Virus record (IMG/VR): IMGVR_UViG_3300030673_000004
Coordinates: 1-64,000 of that record
Strand: one strand, 5' to 3'
DNA: 64,000 bases
A model generated the notes under the pieces. It was not told the origin of the DNA, made no database searches, and saw only the letters and a list, made by a program, of their open reading frames with translations. This document shows positions 18,010 to 28,164 of this stretch, piece by piece (the stretch's first letter is position 1; every line of letters begins with the position of its first letter). The position numbers were made by a program, and so were the translations under genes.

Positions 18010-18029
18010 GATTGAATCTCCTACTTGGG

Positions 18030-18050
18030 TTAGAGTAACTTTTACTCTTT
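18030..18050. promoter_or_regulatory. candidate NrtR operator
   Basis: AGAGTAA-CTT-TTACTCT inverted repeat with a GT-N7-AC core, between the GTAAAT element (18058-18063) and the pncB SD. Confidence 0.65.
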
Positions 18051-18057
18051 AAGTAGA

Positions 18058-18110
18058 ATTTACTACAAAATTCTAAAAAAACAAGAGGTCATGTACAAAA
18101 AACCGTAAAT
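18058..18110. promoter_or_regulatory. divergent pair of GTAAAT promoter elements
   Basis: ATTTAC 18058-18063 facing pncB; GTAAAT 18105-18110, 7 nt before the helicase ATG at 18118. Confidence 0.55.
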
Positions 18111-18117
18111 CGTGAGC

Positions 18118-19764
18118 ATGGAGCAAGAAAAACCTATCGCATATCTGGACTACCGACTGTTTGTACCAACAAAAGCGGTTAACCAAGATATGATGGATGC
18201 CTTTGAAGACATCATCCCTGACTTCTTTTCACCTGTTGATGAAAACGGAGATCTTCGAGATAACCGAGACCTAAGACTTATCCACTACAAAAAGCATGAT
18301 GAGGGTTGGGTATCTTTTTCGCGAGGTGATCTTGCAAAGATCAAAGACATCATTTTCCCCTACGTCAGCATCTCGGACTGTCGCGCCGTTCGCCCGCTAG
18401 CACTGCAGCCAAAATGGCTTGGAGTTAAAAAAGATAATGGTGAACTTGTTCCTCTGTATGATAATCAGATAGAAACAATCGCAAGAACTCTCCACACGGG
18501 GTATGGACAACTACAAGCACCACCTAGATATGGTAAGACTGTATGTATGTCTAACATGATAACGCAATTGCAACAGAAAACACTGGTTCTTGCACATCAA
18601 GTAGAATTGTTGATACAATTTGAAGAACGCTTCCGTGCTTGTACAAATATAGAAGAGCTTGAACGCAAAGCAGGTCACAGACTTGTTGGCATATGTGACA
18701 AGATGGAAGAATTTGATCAATATCTTGTTTGTGCTGCTACCTGGCAAGGATTCTTAGCCGGAAATGCGAATCATAGTTTACTGCCAAAGTTGAAAGACTC
18801 CTTTGGTTGTGTTATGGTTGATGAAGCACACAGAGCAGCATCTGAATGTTTCTCAAAAGTTGTAGCACAATTCAACCCACGCTTCAGGTTTGGCTTTACA
18901 GCAACGCCTGAAAGAAAAGATGGTCTAGAGGCAGTTGTCAATAACATCATCGGGCCTGTAGTTGCATCCGGCGACGTACCCCAACTACCAATGAGAATCC
19001 GCCCAGTTTATACCGGATTCAAACCTGTATTTGAGCGCTGGTATGCATATGAACGACAAATACGAGATGCGAGCCCACGAAACAAACTTATTCTAAAACT
19101 CGTAGTAGATGATGTAAACAAGGGGCACTCTGTTCTTATTGTATGCACACGTAAAGAACATATAAAGAACCTAGTTGATACATTAAATCGCAAGTTCAAC
19201 GTGCCCGCTGAGGGTTGGTACTCTGATGTCAAAGATAGGTCCGGTGTTTTAGGCCGAGCTAAAGCAGGAGCTACAAAAGTCATTGTCGCAATGAGATCCA
19301 TGCTCCTCGGTCTAAATGTACCACGTTGGAGCAGTATTCATATTGTTGTTCCCAGTAACAACCCCTTCAATTTCTATCAAGAATTCGCACGTGTACGTAC
19401 ACCAAACGAAGGAAAAAAGTATTGTGTTATCCGGGATTATATTGATAACCACAAAGCTGCCATAACCTGCTTTAAGACACGCTTTGGTGTATATACTAAT
19501 CCAATGTATGCACCAGCATATTTTGAAGATGAGCATGGAAATCTAGTAAACCCACCAACAATGAGGATGATACAAGAACTTGCAAAAAGAGATCCAGATG
19601 AAATAAATCTAGAATCCATACCTAATGAAGCACGACGTGCCAGAAACATTTTTCAAAGCAAACCAACCTATGATGATACACCTAAGGAAGACATCGCACC
19701 TCTGGGATTAAGTAAGTTTGAAAAAATCAAAGCACACAAAACAGCTCTCGGAAATGACCTCTGA
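18118..19764 (+). CDS. SF2 DExH helicase (UvsW/Rad25-like)
   Basis: APPRYGKT, VDEAH, GFTATP, QEFARV. Confidence 0.85.
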   Translation: MEQEKPIAYLDYRLFVPTKAVNQDMMDAFEDIIPDFFSPVDENGDLRDNRDLRLIHYKKHDEGWVSFSRGDLAKIKDIIFPYVSISDCRAVRPLALQPKWLGVKKDNGELVPLYDNQIETIARTLHTGYGQLQAPPRYGKTVCMSNMITQLQQKTLVLAHQVELLIQFEERFRACTNIEELERKAGHRLVGICDKMEEFDQYLVCAATWQGFLAGNANHSLLPKLKDSFGCVMVDEAHRAASECFSKVVAQFNPRFRFGFTATPERKDGLEAVVNNIIGPVVASGDVPQLPMRIRPVYTGFKPVFERWYAYERQIRDASPRNKLILKLVVDDVNKGHSVLIVCTRKEHIKNLVDTLNRKFNVPAEGWYSDVKDRSGVLGRAKAGATKVIVAMRSMLLGLNVPRWSSIHIVVPSNNPFNFYQEFARVRTPNEGKKYCVIRDYIDNHKAAITCFKTRFGVYTNPMYAPAYFEDEHGNLVNPPTMRMIQELAKRDPDEINLESIPNEARRARNIFQSKPTYDDTPKEDIAPLGLSKFEKIKAHKTALGNDL

Positions 19765-20447
19765 TGCCTAGACAGCAATCTATATCACCAATAGACTTAC
19801 CAACAGCACCAAAGATGGTGAGTCAACCATCCCCAGATGAACGAAGGACTAACCTAGAGCCACCAATCCAATTTGGACAAATGCTCGGTAAAGTAGCCGC
19901 TCAATCACTGGATGAAACAATTTGTTCAGATCCTATCATCCAAAATGCAAACCACACAGCAGATACTATACCACTATCCAGCGAACTAGAACAACGCATT
20001 CTATATTATGCAATAAGAACATTAGAACTATCAAAAGGTCAGTTTGACTTCAAAGTGAACTTTAGATTTGAAAACCCAAGACAAGATCTAGCTAATGCCG
20101 CAGAGGGTGTTCTTTATGTGCAAGGATATCGAGATAGATTATGTGAGATAGAAATCCAACTACGCCAAGCTAGAAAACAGCTTGACTCAGCTTATGATAC
20201 AGGCGTAGCATACCTATTTGAACACTATCCTCAAAAAATGGATACATTTAATAGAGATAGCCTCTTACGAAATATATTTATAAGTAAGGTATTCAAACCA
20301 CTAGATGAAAAACGAAAAGATATCAAATCTCTACTAGAACAAGTAGCTAGTGCTTTAGATAACTTAGATAAAGCACATTTTGCTTACAAGACAGTTGTTG
20401 ATGTAGGTAAAACAATACTAGATAGAGTAGAAGGACGCGCAGGATGA
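19764..20447 (+). CDS. helical hypothetical protein
   Basis: TGATG coupling to the helicase; coiled-coil-like. Confidence 0.65.
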   Translation: MPRQQSISPIDLPTAPKMVSQPSPDERRTNLEPPIQFGQMLGKVAAQSLDETICSDPIIQNANHTADTIPLSSELEQRILYYAIRTLELSKGQFDFKVNFRFENPRQDLANAAEGVLYVQGYRDRLCEIEIQLRQARKQLDSAYDTGVAYLFEHYPQKMDTFNRDSLLRNIFISKVFKPLDEKRKDIKSLLEQVASALDNLDKAHFAYKTVVDVGKTILDRVEGRAG

Positions 20448-21184
20448 CTGATAACCCAAACCAAGCACCAAAAGATCTTCCAAAAAAGACAGAGGCCGAA
20501 GAAGTCAATGATGTACAGTCCATTCTGGATAGAATGGCCCGCTTACCTGCGGGTGGTCTGCACAAAGATACTATCCCCAATGACCTACCAGAAGATTCAG
20601 CATTCTCTAAAATGGTGCAGCACTGGAAATTCATTCAACGGGATTGGGCCAGAAAACATCATGGGGATGTTGAAGAATCTGCCGTGGTACAACCAGAGCC
20701 GGATGTTGAACTCTTCCATAAACTCAGTATCTCGCTACTAAACCACATTGAACGCCAAGCCGCTATTCGATATGCCGCCCTGGATGCAGGATTCAACATC
20801 ATACGACGAGGCGTCCAAGCCGACCTCGATATCAGACACTTAAATAAGTATCTAGATGAGTTAGAAGGTCTACGTCTATCAGGAGAGCTAATATCACTAT
20901 TTGATCTCCATGAATATAAAAATGAAATAATGCTTCGAGAGATTGATCGTGTATTCGGAACAGCAACATCTCTTGAATCAGAGCATCGCAAAAAAGAATC
21001 TGATGATAATCAGTATAGACAAGATATGCTGGACTTAGCGGTACAGACAGCGCAGGGTGTAAAAGATATGGGTGCTACACTGAGAAATTCTACTGGACCG
21101 TCTCCGCGAAGAGGACAAACCTCTTTAAGAAAGCGGAGGCACGATGGCCAGCAGTCAGAACCCGACGGGGACGCCAACAGTTAA
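20444..21184 (+). CDS. hypothetical protein
   Basis: ATGA overlap, 246 aa. Confidence 0.65.
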   Translation: MTDNPNQAPKDLPKKTEAEEVNDVQSILDRMARLPAGGLHKDTIPNDLPEDSAFSKMVQHWKFIQRDWARKHHGDVEESAVVQPEPDVELFHKLSISLLNHIERQAAIRYAALDAGFNIIRRGVQADLDIRHLNKYLDELEGLRLSGELISLFDLHEYKNEIMLREIDRVFGTATSLESEHRKKESDDNQYRQDMLDLAVQTAQGVKDMGATLRNSTGPSPRRGQTSLRKRRHDGQQSEPDGDANS

Positions 21185-24100
21185 CGAATTAAGAGGTCTT
21201 GGTAAAGACTACCAGGGCGCGGCTATACGTTGGAGAGACTTTCCCAGTACCGACACTACTACAGGTGCTGCGTACCAAGATATAATAATGGCTTGTGGTT
21301 TTCGGCTATTCATAATGGGTGTTGAAGTAACGCCGCATGTAATGGGATCTATATCCTGGGATCGACATGGACGCGATGGATCCAATTCCCTGAACTTTAC
21401 TCTAGATAATAACAATAGTAAATTTGTTTATACTAATACAGATTTAGGTGGAAGTTCTAAATTTGATACTGCCTATATCGGTGATACATTAACGTCTACA
21501 TCAGATATACCATTAAACAATATGGTACCTAAGTTAGATGCAAAAATATCTAGCAAGTCTAACGAATCAGATATACCAGATGCTGACAACTTAACATGGT
21601 ACATCCCAGCAGCAGATGTAAAAGACAAGTTTGTTTTTGACGAAGTGCCTAAAAAATACTTTTATAAGTACAAGTCAAAGCTAGGCATAAAAACACCAGC
21701 AACAGGAAATGACTATAAAGCACGTTATGATTTAACCCCAGGGGCTTGTGCTATCAATTTAATGGACCATGTTCGCTTATTCATCATGGATCCAAATGAA
21801 GATACCGTTCTTTTGTCCGACACGAAGTGGAAACCCGAGTTTACAGGTTTTGTTACATCGGCCAATGTAACAAATAACCCACTAACCGGTGAATCAACCT
21901 TATCAATAACATGTAATGATATCAGGCATCTAATGCGAAAGATGCGATATATCACTAATTTGAATGATATAAGCATCTTAAGCTCTCTTATATCCTTTAC
22001 TGACTCAGATGAAGTACAAGATGGGGCAGGTGTATTCAACGATCTTCTGATTGCAAGTTCCGATCCTAAGTGGTCTAATACACTAGCAGAGTCGTCTGCA
22101 GACTCCGTTATTCGGGCGATAACAGTAGGTGACGACCTAGCCGCCTTAGCAGCAACCACAGGTCAGCCCAATCGCGTAGCCGATCAAGAAAAAACACAGG
22201 ATGCACTGTATCCGAAGTTCACAGACGCGGTGGACCAAGATACGTTAGAAACACAGTATACCCGTAAAATAGATGCAGTACAAGCTATAAAAAGTAGTTC
22301 TACAGGACAACGCTTTTCTCCAATTGGTACATACACGCTAGGTCTATATAAAGGATATGACCCACCAGCAGACGGGGCGGACAACTCAAGCCAAATTTCA
22401 AAACTTGAAGAATGGATGGATATTCTCAATTTCGGAATAGCGCGTCAGTGGTTGGACTATGATACGGTCACACTAATTGGACAAAACACAAAACCATCGC
22501 TTGGAGTAGACAGAGGGGCTACGGATGACCAATCTGCCTTTTCCGCTCTCAATGGATTTGTCCATATATTATGCCCAGCAGGAGGATTATCTGTATCTAA
22601 TGTCTGGGATCGCGTATTTGTAACGTTTGATGGGTCACCCACAATGAGTAATAGGATGGAAGTCCTAGAGCAGATGTGTAACACAATAGACTACCAAATA
22701 CAAGTTAACGCAATGGGTGATTTATGTTTTGAATTTCCTATGTATGACTTCTATCCAGAAGAATTTGGTAAGTACAAATACACTATGGCCCTTTCAGATT
22801 CAATAAAACATTATGATTTTAATGATGAAGGTGATGGAAATCCCATAACAGGCTTACGTGTTTTTGGACAATATAAAGCAGAAGACCAATATAACGAAGA
22901 TGATTCTTGGTTACAACATAACCTATATTCTATATACATAAAATCAGATTACATGGCATCTAAATACGGAGTACTTGTAGAAGAGCTTGGAATACCTTGG
23001 GCTATGAACGCATGGGGAAATACAGACGCAGAAAACAAAGAAAAACTTGGAGCTCTAGCATCTTTCGGAATTATTGAATTTATGAAAAGAATGTCAAAGA
23101 TGTCAAGCATGTCTTTGAATAGTACATATAATCCATTTCTCTGGCCAAACAAACCCATAATCAACAGAGATGCCAGACGAATGGGCCTGATGAATAGTGT
23201 CAATAATTCAATGCAAATTAATGGTCTTTGCACAACAGGTATTGGATGTGAGTATATACGTAAAGCTGATACAGATGGAACGTTCTTGAATCTATGTGGC
23301 GCACAAAATACACCATTCAGCTATGCAAATCGAGGCGGCTTATCACTGTTTCCAAATAAAACAGCAGTAGCTGGAGATAAAGAATTACCCTTTCTCCAGA
23401 ATAACAGCCTGATATACACATTCAATAATGGTTTTGGTATTGAGATAATACAACCTGACGAAACAATGATTTATTCCTTATTCGCTAAATATGGTATAAA
23501 TGGAACTCCAGTATCACATCAAGGAGCTATGGGTAAAAAAACCTACTCGGATCCCCAAAAATGCTATAATGCTTTCAGGAGACTACCCCAAAACCAGCAA
23601 GATGCCCTAGAAGCTGTAGCAAATAAACTATGCCACGGTAGAGGTACACTCAGAGGATGGCAAATTTACCAGTATATGCAATCTGAATCTGGATATCAAC
23701 TAACAAAAACAAACAGCAATGGTGGGGCTGTAGGCTTAATCCAGTACATACCGTCAACACTGGTACATTTATACGGCAAAGGAGCATTAGAGGGGGCTCC
23801 GTCAGGAATGACATCAGCACAATTACAGCAATGGTTCAGAAACAGCCAATACTGTACAGGACCTAATGCATATGTTAATCAAATAGCTCTTGCAGGTACA
23901 TATCTAGCACTTAATAGCGGCGGAACTGTTGCTAATATGGATCAGCTAAATAGAACAATATATATGCCCGGAGCTGTAAAAGATACATCTGTACCCTTCG
24001 CGAGTTCAGCACAGCCTGCAAGCGTAAGAGCTCGGGCATCTAAAACAGACGGAAACTCCGTATCTTTAGATGATCTTTTATACAGAGTAAAAGGTATTGA

Positions 24101-24584
24101 TAGTAATGAAACAACGGATAATGAAACACTTGAAAAAGCATACCTAGCAGGAAAAGGATCTTCAGCAAAAACAGCAACGGCAGCAACGACGCAGGTAATA
24201 AAAAGCGGTACTAATGCAGCATACACGCAAGGCACTACCATCGCAGACAAGGCAGCAAAAGCTGTATCATCTACAGCATCGGGAGTTGTTAATTCGGTAG
24301 CTTCATGGATGCTAGGTAACTCCGTAAGTAAAGTAGGCACAGCCGTATCCAGCAGTGCAAACGCTACCACAGGTAAGCTTAATAATACAGCAGCAACTGC
24401 GGCGACACAAGCAAGCCAGGTAGTAGACGTAAAAGGAACAGTAAATGATGTTACAAACAGTACCCTAAATCAAGTAGGAACAAATGTCAGTAACACCAGT
24501 GTACTTGGATACAAACCTCTAAAGGGTGGTGGCTTTGCAACAACACCGGGGTTAACAGCAGGAACTTCAGGATCTAATAACTAA
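21144..24584 (+). CDS. putative baseplate hub with lytic transglycosylase domain
   Basis: Hub-like FTGFVT..ITCND and GDLCFE segments; SLT motif QSESG...AVGLIQY; upstream of a spike gene. Confidence 0.65.
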   Translation: MASSQNPTGTPTVNELRGLGKDYQGAAIRWRDFPSTDTTTGAAYQDIIMACGFRLFIMGVEVTPHVMGSISWDRHGRDGSNSLNFTLDNNNSKFVYTNTDLGGSSKFDTAYIGDTLTSTSDIPLNNMVPKLDAKISSKSNESDIPDADNLTWYIPAADVKDKFVFDEVPKKYFYKYKSKLGIKTPATGNDYKARYDLTPGACAINLMDHVRLFIMDPNEDTVLLSDTKWKPEFTGFVTSANVTNNPLTGESTLSITCNDIRHLMRKMRYITNLNDISILSSLISFTDSDEVQDGAGVFNDLLIASSDPKWSNTLAESSADSVIRAITVGDDLAALAATTGQPNRVADQEKTQDALYPKFTDAVDQDTLETQYTRKIDAVQAIKSSSTGQRFSPIGTYTLGLYKGYDPPADGADNSSQISKLEEWMDILNFGIARQWLDYDTVTLIGQNTKPSLGVDRGATDDQSAFSALNGFVHILCPAGGLSVSNVWDRVFVTFDGSPTMSNRMEVLEQMCNTIDYQIQVNAMGDLCFEFPMYDFYPEEFGKYKYTMALSDSIKHYDFNDEGDGNPITGLRVFGQYKAEDQYNEDDSWLQHNLYSIYIKSDYMASKYGVLVEELGIPWAMNAWGNTDAENKEKLGALASFGIIEFMKRMSKMSSMSLNSTYNPFLWPNKPIINRDARRMGLMNSVNNSMQINGLCTTGIGCEYIRKADTDGTFLNLCGAQNTPFSYANRGGLSLFPNKTAVAGDKELPFLQNNSLIYTFNNGFGIEIIQPDETMIYSLFAKYGINGTPVSHQGAMGKKTYSDPQKCYNAFRRLPQNQQDALEAVANKLCHGRGTLRGWQIYQYMQSESGYQLTKTNSNGGAVGLIQYIPSTLVHLYGKGALEGAPSGMTSAQLQQWFRNSQYCTGPNAYVNQIALAGTYLALNSGGTVANMDQLNRTIYMPGAVKDTSVPFASSAQPASVRARASKTDGNSVSLDDLLYRVKGIDSNETTDNETLEKAYLAGKGSSAKTATAATTQVIKSGTNAAYTQGTTIADKAAKAVSSTASGVVNSVASWMLGNSVSKVGTAVSSSANATTGKLNNTAATAATQASQVVDVKGTVNDVTNSTLNQVGTNVSNTSVLGYKPLKGGGFATTPGLTAGTSGSNN

Positions 24585-25864
24585 TGTCAACGACACAATC
24601 AGCAAATAGGATAAAAGAAGCCTCAAAAAATAATGATGATTATGTTACGTCAGTCATTACAGCAGTTGCGTTAGATACAGAAACAGCAACGGTTGCTCAT
24701 TATGGTACTATCCCTATCCCCCAACCACTAGTGTTTGGATCGTCATGGATACGAAGTTTCCCTACGTCCGGCCAGGGCATCAAATTGATGCGCAACCCCA
24801 AAAAGCAAACATATGAAGCTGTCGGTTATGAACAACCCTCAGACACACAGACAAAGCTAACTAATTACAGTAACAAAGAAGGACTGTACCGACCGCTGAG
24901 AGAAGGCGAGCATGAAATACTGTCTAGCAGCGGCGCTGTTTCTTTCTGGGGCTCTCAACCATTCTTGGAACACAGAGTTGGACCTATTAGACACACCTTA
25001 GACGCCATAAAAATGGAAGCCAGGTACAAGGCACCAACACATGTTATTAAGTTGCACGCATCCAGAACAGACGAAATAGGAGATGAAATCCGTTTTGGCG
25101 TTGTTAAGCGGCCTACATCAGCGAACACAGAAGCCTATGCCCTAAAAACACCATTCTCTAATCCACTATTAGAAACATATCAGTACGGTAAAGAATTCCT
25201 GCTGAATATAAAAGATGATGTTAGTGGAAGTGCCTTAATAGATGTGCGCTGTGGTGATGTTTTTGATGATCAGCTACTACCAGGATACCCATTTTCATTA
25301 CAGAAATTTGGAGATAACAGTCTACCTCTGCGCTACTGGGCACGTTTTTACGATTCAATCGAACCAGGAACGCTATCTGTACCAGATCAAATGACAGAAG
25401 TTCAAGTCGATAGCCTAGGCAATGTAGTAGTTAACTTAAGTAAACTAAGCGTGCTCGGCTTTTCTATGAATGTACCACTAGGTAAAATAGCCATGTCTTG
25501 CGGATTAGACATGGCACTTGATGCTAAATTAGGCGTTACAATAACAGCACTAAAAGATGTTACAATAAAAGGAACAGCCGGTGTTACAATATCATCCCCG
25601 GCAAGCATCAGCATTGAAGGAACATCAGGTGTTGATATCAAATCATCTGCATCTATAACAATTAATGGTGCATCTGGTGTTGAGGTAAAATCAGCAGCTA
25701 CTGTTAAAATAACAGGCACATCTGAAATAGATCTCAAGTCATCAGCATCAATAAAAGTATCAGCCCCTATGATAGAATTACAAGGATCAGTTAATAGCTT
25801 ATCAAAACATATAGACTATACAACAGGTGTACCCTTATTCCCTGATGGGAAGATATTACTATAA
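24584..25864 (+). CDS. baseplate spike (gpV/gp5-like)
   Basis: C-terminal 8-residue beta-helix repeats (VTIKGTAG VTISSPAS ISIEGTSG VDIKSSAS). Confidence 0.7.
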   Translation: MSTTQSANRIKEASKNNDDYVTSVITAVALDTETATVAHYGTIPIPQPLVFGSSWIRSFPTSGQGIKLMRNPKKQTYEAVGYEQPSDTQTKLTNYSNKEGLYRPLREGEHEILSSSGAVSFWGSQPFLEHRVGPIRHTLDAIKMEARYKAPTHVIKLHASRTDEIGDEIRFGVVKRPTSANTEAYALKTPFSNPLLETYQYGKEFLLNIKDDVSGSALIDVRCGDVFDDQLLPGYPFSLQKFGDNSLPLRYWARFYDSIEPGTLSVPDQMTEVQVDSLGNVVVNLSKLSVLGFSMNVPLGKIAMSCGLDMALDAKLGVTITALKDVTIKGTAGVTISSPASISIEGTSGVDIKSSASITINGASGVEVKSAATVKITGTSEIDLKSSASIKVSAPMIELQGSVNSLSKHIDYTTGVPLFPDGKILL

Positions 25865-26679
25865 TGAGTACACTGCTTTCATTAAAAAGTTCATTCCTAT
25901 CAACATGGAAAGCTGGGTTACCTAGCAAAGAATTACCTGTTACACAAGTTCTATCAGATAGATTAGAAAGTATAGCTACAGCTATATTAACTGCCGGTGA
26001 TATAACAATAAAATCAACTGTAATCAACGGTGGACTAATTACCGGCGGTGCCTCAGCATCTGGGGGTCCTGTTGCTGGTGCTATCTTGAACATAGCCACA
26101 GGCGGTGTTGTAAGCTCAACTAAGTGGGCAGGGAAATCTGTCTATGTACCACCAACCACAAAAATAGGCGATAGTACCGTTCAATACACAGCTTGGCTAA
26201 AAACACTACAAGAAACCATAAGTGATGCTATCTCAGATTTCTGGGATTCATGGTACCCAACATGGATGTGTACTGGAGCGGTAGCACTTGGCGGTGTCTC
26301 TGCGTGGGTTGCAACATCTGTACCCCCGGTACCTGGACCATGGACTCTAGGAACAATCACGCCATTCAGCCTTGTCGGAGCTCAGGGGATAAATCCATCA
26401 CCAGCACTAACACTACTCAAAACCAAATTAGTCACTACAGCTAAAGCTACCGCAATCGCAACATGGAACAATCAAATATCAACTTTAATACCAGCACAAA
26501 ATGGTGATATAATACAAGGAACTATTGAATCATTCTGTGATGCATTTTCAAGCACATTTCAAACATGGACAGCTACAGCCATGGTAACAGATCCAACGGG
26601 CGCAGGTGCCACAGGTATCGCAGCACCACCAACAGGGTTAATTACAACGGGCACGATAAACGGTTTAACTATAATCTGA
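25864..26679 (+). CDS. putative virion/baseplate protein
   Basis: G/T/A-rich, coupled to the spike gene. Confidence 0.5.
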   Translation: MSTLLSLKSSFLSTWKAGLPSKELPVTQVLSDRLESIATAILTAGDITIKSTVINGGLITGGASASGGPVAGAILNIATGGVVSSTKWAGKSVYVPPTTKIGDSTVQYTAWLKTLQETISDAISDFWDSWYPTWMCTGAVALGGVSAWVATSVPPVPGPWTLGTITPFSLVGAQGINPSPALTLLKTKLVTTAKATAIATWNNQISTLIPAQNGDIIQGTIESFCDAFSSTFQTWTATAMVTDPTGAGATGIAAPPTGLITTGTINGLTII

Positions 26680-26688
26680 GGCTACATC

Positions 26689-26955
26689 ATGACAAATGAA
26701 ATTCCAGAACTTGGATCTACCGAACCAAATCACTCTTGGCAAGAAAAACAAGATTTCATAGTTAGATTTATTGATGAACTTGGAACATTTATTGAACATA
26801 AGTGCGCAGAATTTGAACTACCACCTGTAGTTATAATTGGAGCACTAGATGTATTAAAAAACGAATGGTTAAATCCCGTCTTCACACAAGAAACAAATGA
26901 AGACGAGGACGACGTAGATGGAGATATAGATAATGATTCAGAACAAAACATATAA
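26689..26955 (+). CDS. acidic hypothetical protein
   Basis: GAGG SD, 88 aa. Confidence 0.55.
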   Translation: MTNEIPELGSTEPNHSWQEKQDFIVRFIDELGTFIEHKCAEFELPPVVIIGALDVLKNEWLNPVFTQETNEDEDDVDGDIDNDSEQNI

Positions 26956-27081
26956 AATAGGATACCGCTTTAGTATAGTACACTAAATATAATAAATCGT
27001 ATAAAATGTACAGCTAACGGATTGGCACTGTATTTGATATACTAATGTATATCCAAACCACAACCACCGAAAGGATACGTA

Positions 27082-27402
27082 ATGTCATACGCTAAAAACA
27101 TACGCGCAACACAAAAGATAGAAAATAACAACTATATTGTTGAAGCAGAAATTCCTGGGTACAAGAAGGCATCATTAGAGCTAAGTATACAAGGAACATT
27201 ATCAGGATACACAGTAATCACAGGAAAAGCCAGCAAAACATTAGATGCTGTACAAGACAAAGATGTGCTAACATTAGTTCTAGATATCAATCCCCAAAAG
27301 CTAGACTTAAATTCAGCCGTAGCAACATTAGAAGACGGGCTCTTGCTTATCAAGATACCCGTAAAATCAACATGGACAAAAAAGACAATTAAGCTACTCT
27401 AA
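27082..27402 (+). CDS. small heat-shock protein (Hsp20/alpha-crystallin)
   Basis: YIVEAEIPGYKK ... ATLEDGLLLIKIP. Confidence 0.8.
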   Translation: MSYAKNIRATQKIENNNYIVEAEIPGYKKASLELSIQGTLSGYTVITGKASKTLDAVQDKDVLTLVLDINPQKLDLNSAVATLEDGLLLIKIPVKSTWTKKTIKLL

Positions 27403-27430
27403 TAACCAAATTATGCTAGTGACACAAACA

Positions 27431-27461
27431 AAGGAGCTACTGAAGTAGCTCCTTTTCTTTT
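27431..27461 (+). terminator. intrinsic terminator
   Basis: AAGGAGCTAC-TGAA-GTAGCTCCTT followed by TTCTTTT. Confidence 0.8.
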
Positions 27462-27519
27462 AACCAAAACTAAGAACAACTTATGAACAAAATATAAACA
27501 TAACTGTAAATCAAGAAAC

Positions 27520-28164
27520 ATGCGATTACTAACACTAGATACAGGTAAAAGTCACATCGCATATGCCACAACATGTATAACAGACGAAATTCACCTTGAG
27601 TCACTAGGCACCATCCCAGCCGTAGATGATCTAACGCAAGATGGAATACAACAAAACATAGCGGTGTATGATGAGGCACTCAGTTCTATATGCAACACCA
27701 TTGATGTCATAGTGTTTGAACGAGTGATACAACGACCGGGACGAGTATCCGGTTCATCTGTTGAATACATCGGTGTAAGCGTTGGAGTTCTCCTAGCAAG
27801 AAGTCACGACAAGCACATCAGGGTGATCCCAACTATGGCATCTACTTGGAAGACAAAACTCAGAAAAATCAAACCATGGACAACGTCATCGGAACTCTTT
27901 GATTTCCCACCTATAGTAAAAACAAGAAAATCTAACATTATAGCAGATCATGAATTTGATGCAACTAGTATTGCCTTATGGTTTATCCAGAAGAATAATC
28001 TACAAGATACAGAAAAAGCCTTAAAAGCTTTTACTGAGCAATTACACGAAATAGACCAAGCAAGGAGAGACAGCAATGTCCAGCAAGTTCATCCGAGACA
28101 TGATATCGCTACCAGCAGAACAAAAAAACAAACTAAAAGTGGACCTCAACAGCATACCTGTTGA
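27520..28164 (+). CDS. RuvC-like Holliday junction resolvase
   Basis: LTLDTG, IVFE, STWK, HEFDATSIA. Confidence 0.7.
   Translation: MRLLTLDTGKSHIAYATTCITDEIHLESLGTIPAVDDLTQDGIQQNIAVYDEALSSICNTIDVIVFERVIQRPGRVSGSSVEYIGVSVGVLLARSHDKHIRVIPTMASTWKTKLRKIKPWTTSSELFDFPPIVKTRKSNIIADHEFDATSIALWFIQKNNLQDTEKALKAFTEQLHEIDQARRDSNVQQVHPRHDIATSRTKKQTKSGPQQHTC

Noticed and set aside
16756-18015. 419-aa plus-strand ORF antisense to pncB, and similar shadows at 2766-3449, 13797-14390, 49295-49948 and 61567-62130
   Set aside because: In register with motif-bearing genes on the other strand; explained by avoidance of TTA/CTA/TCA codons; no motifs of their own
27022-27046. CIRCE-like heat-shock operator before hsp20
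   Set aside because: Only the left half (TTGGCACT) resembles it; spacing and right arm do not fit TTAGCACTC-N9-GAGTGCTAA
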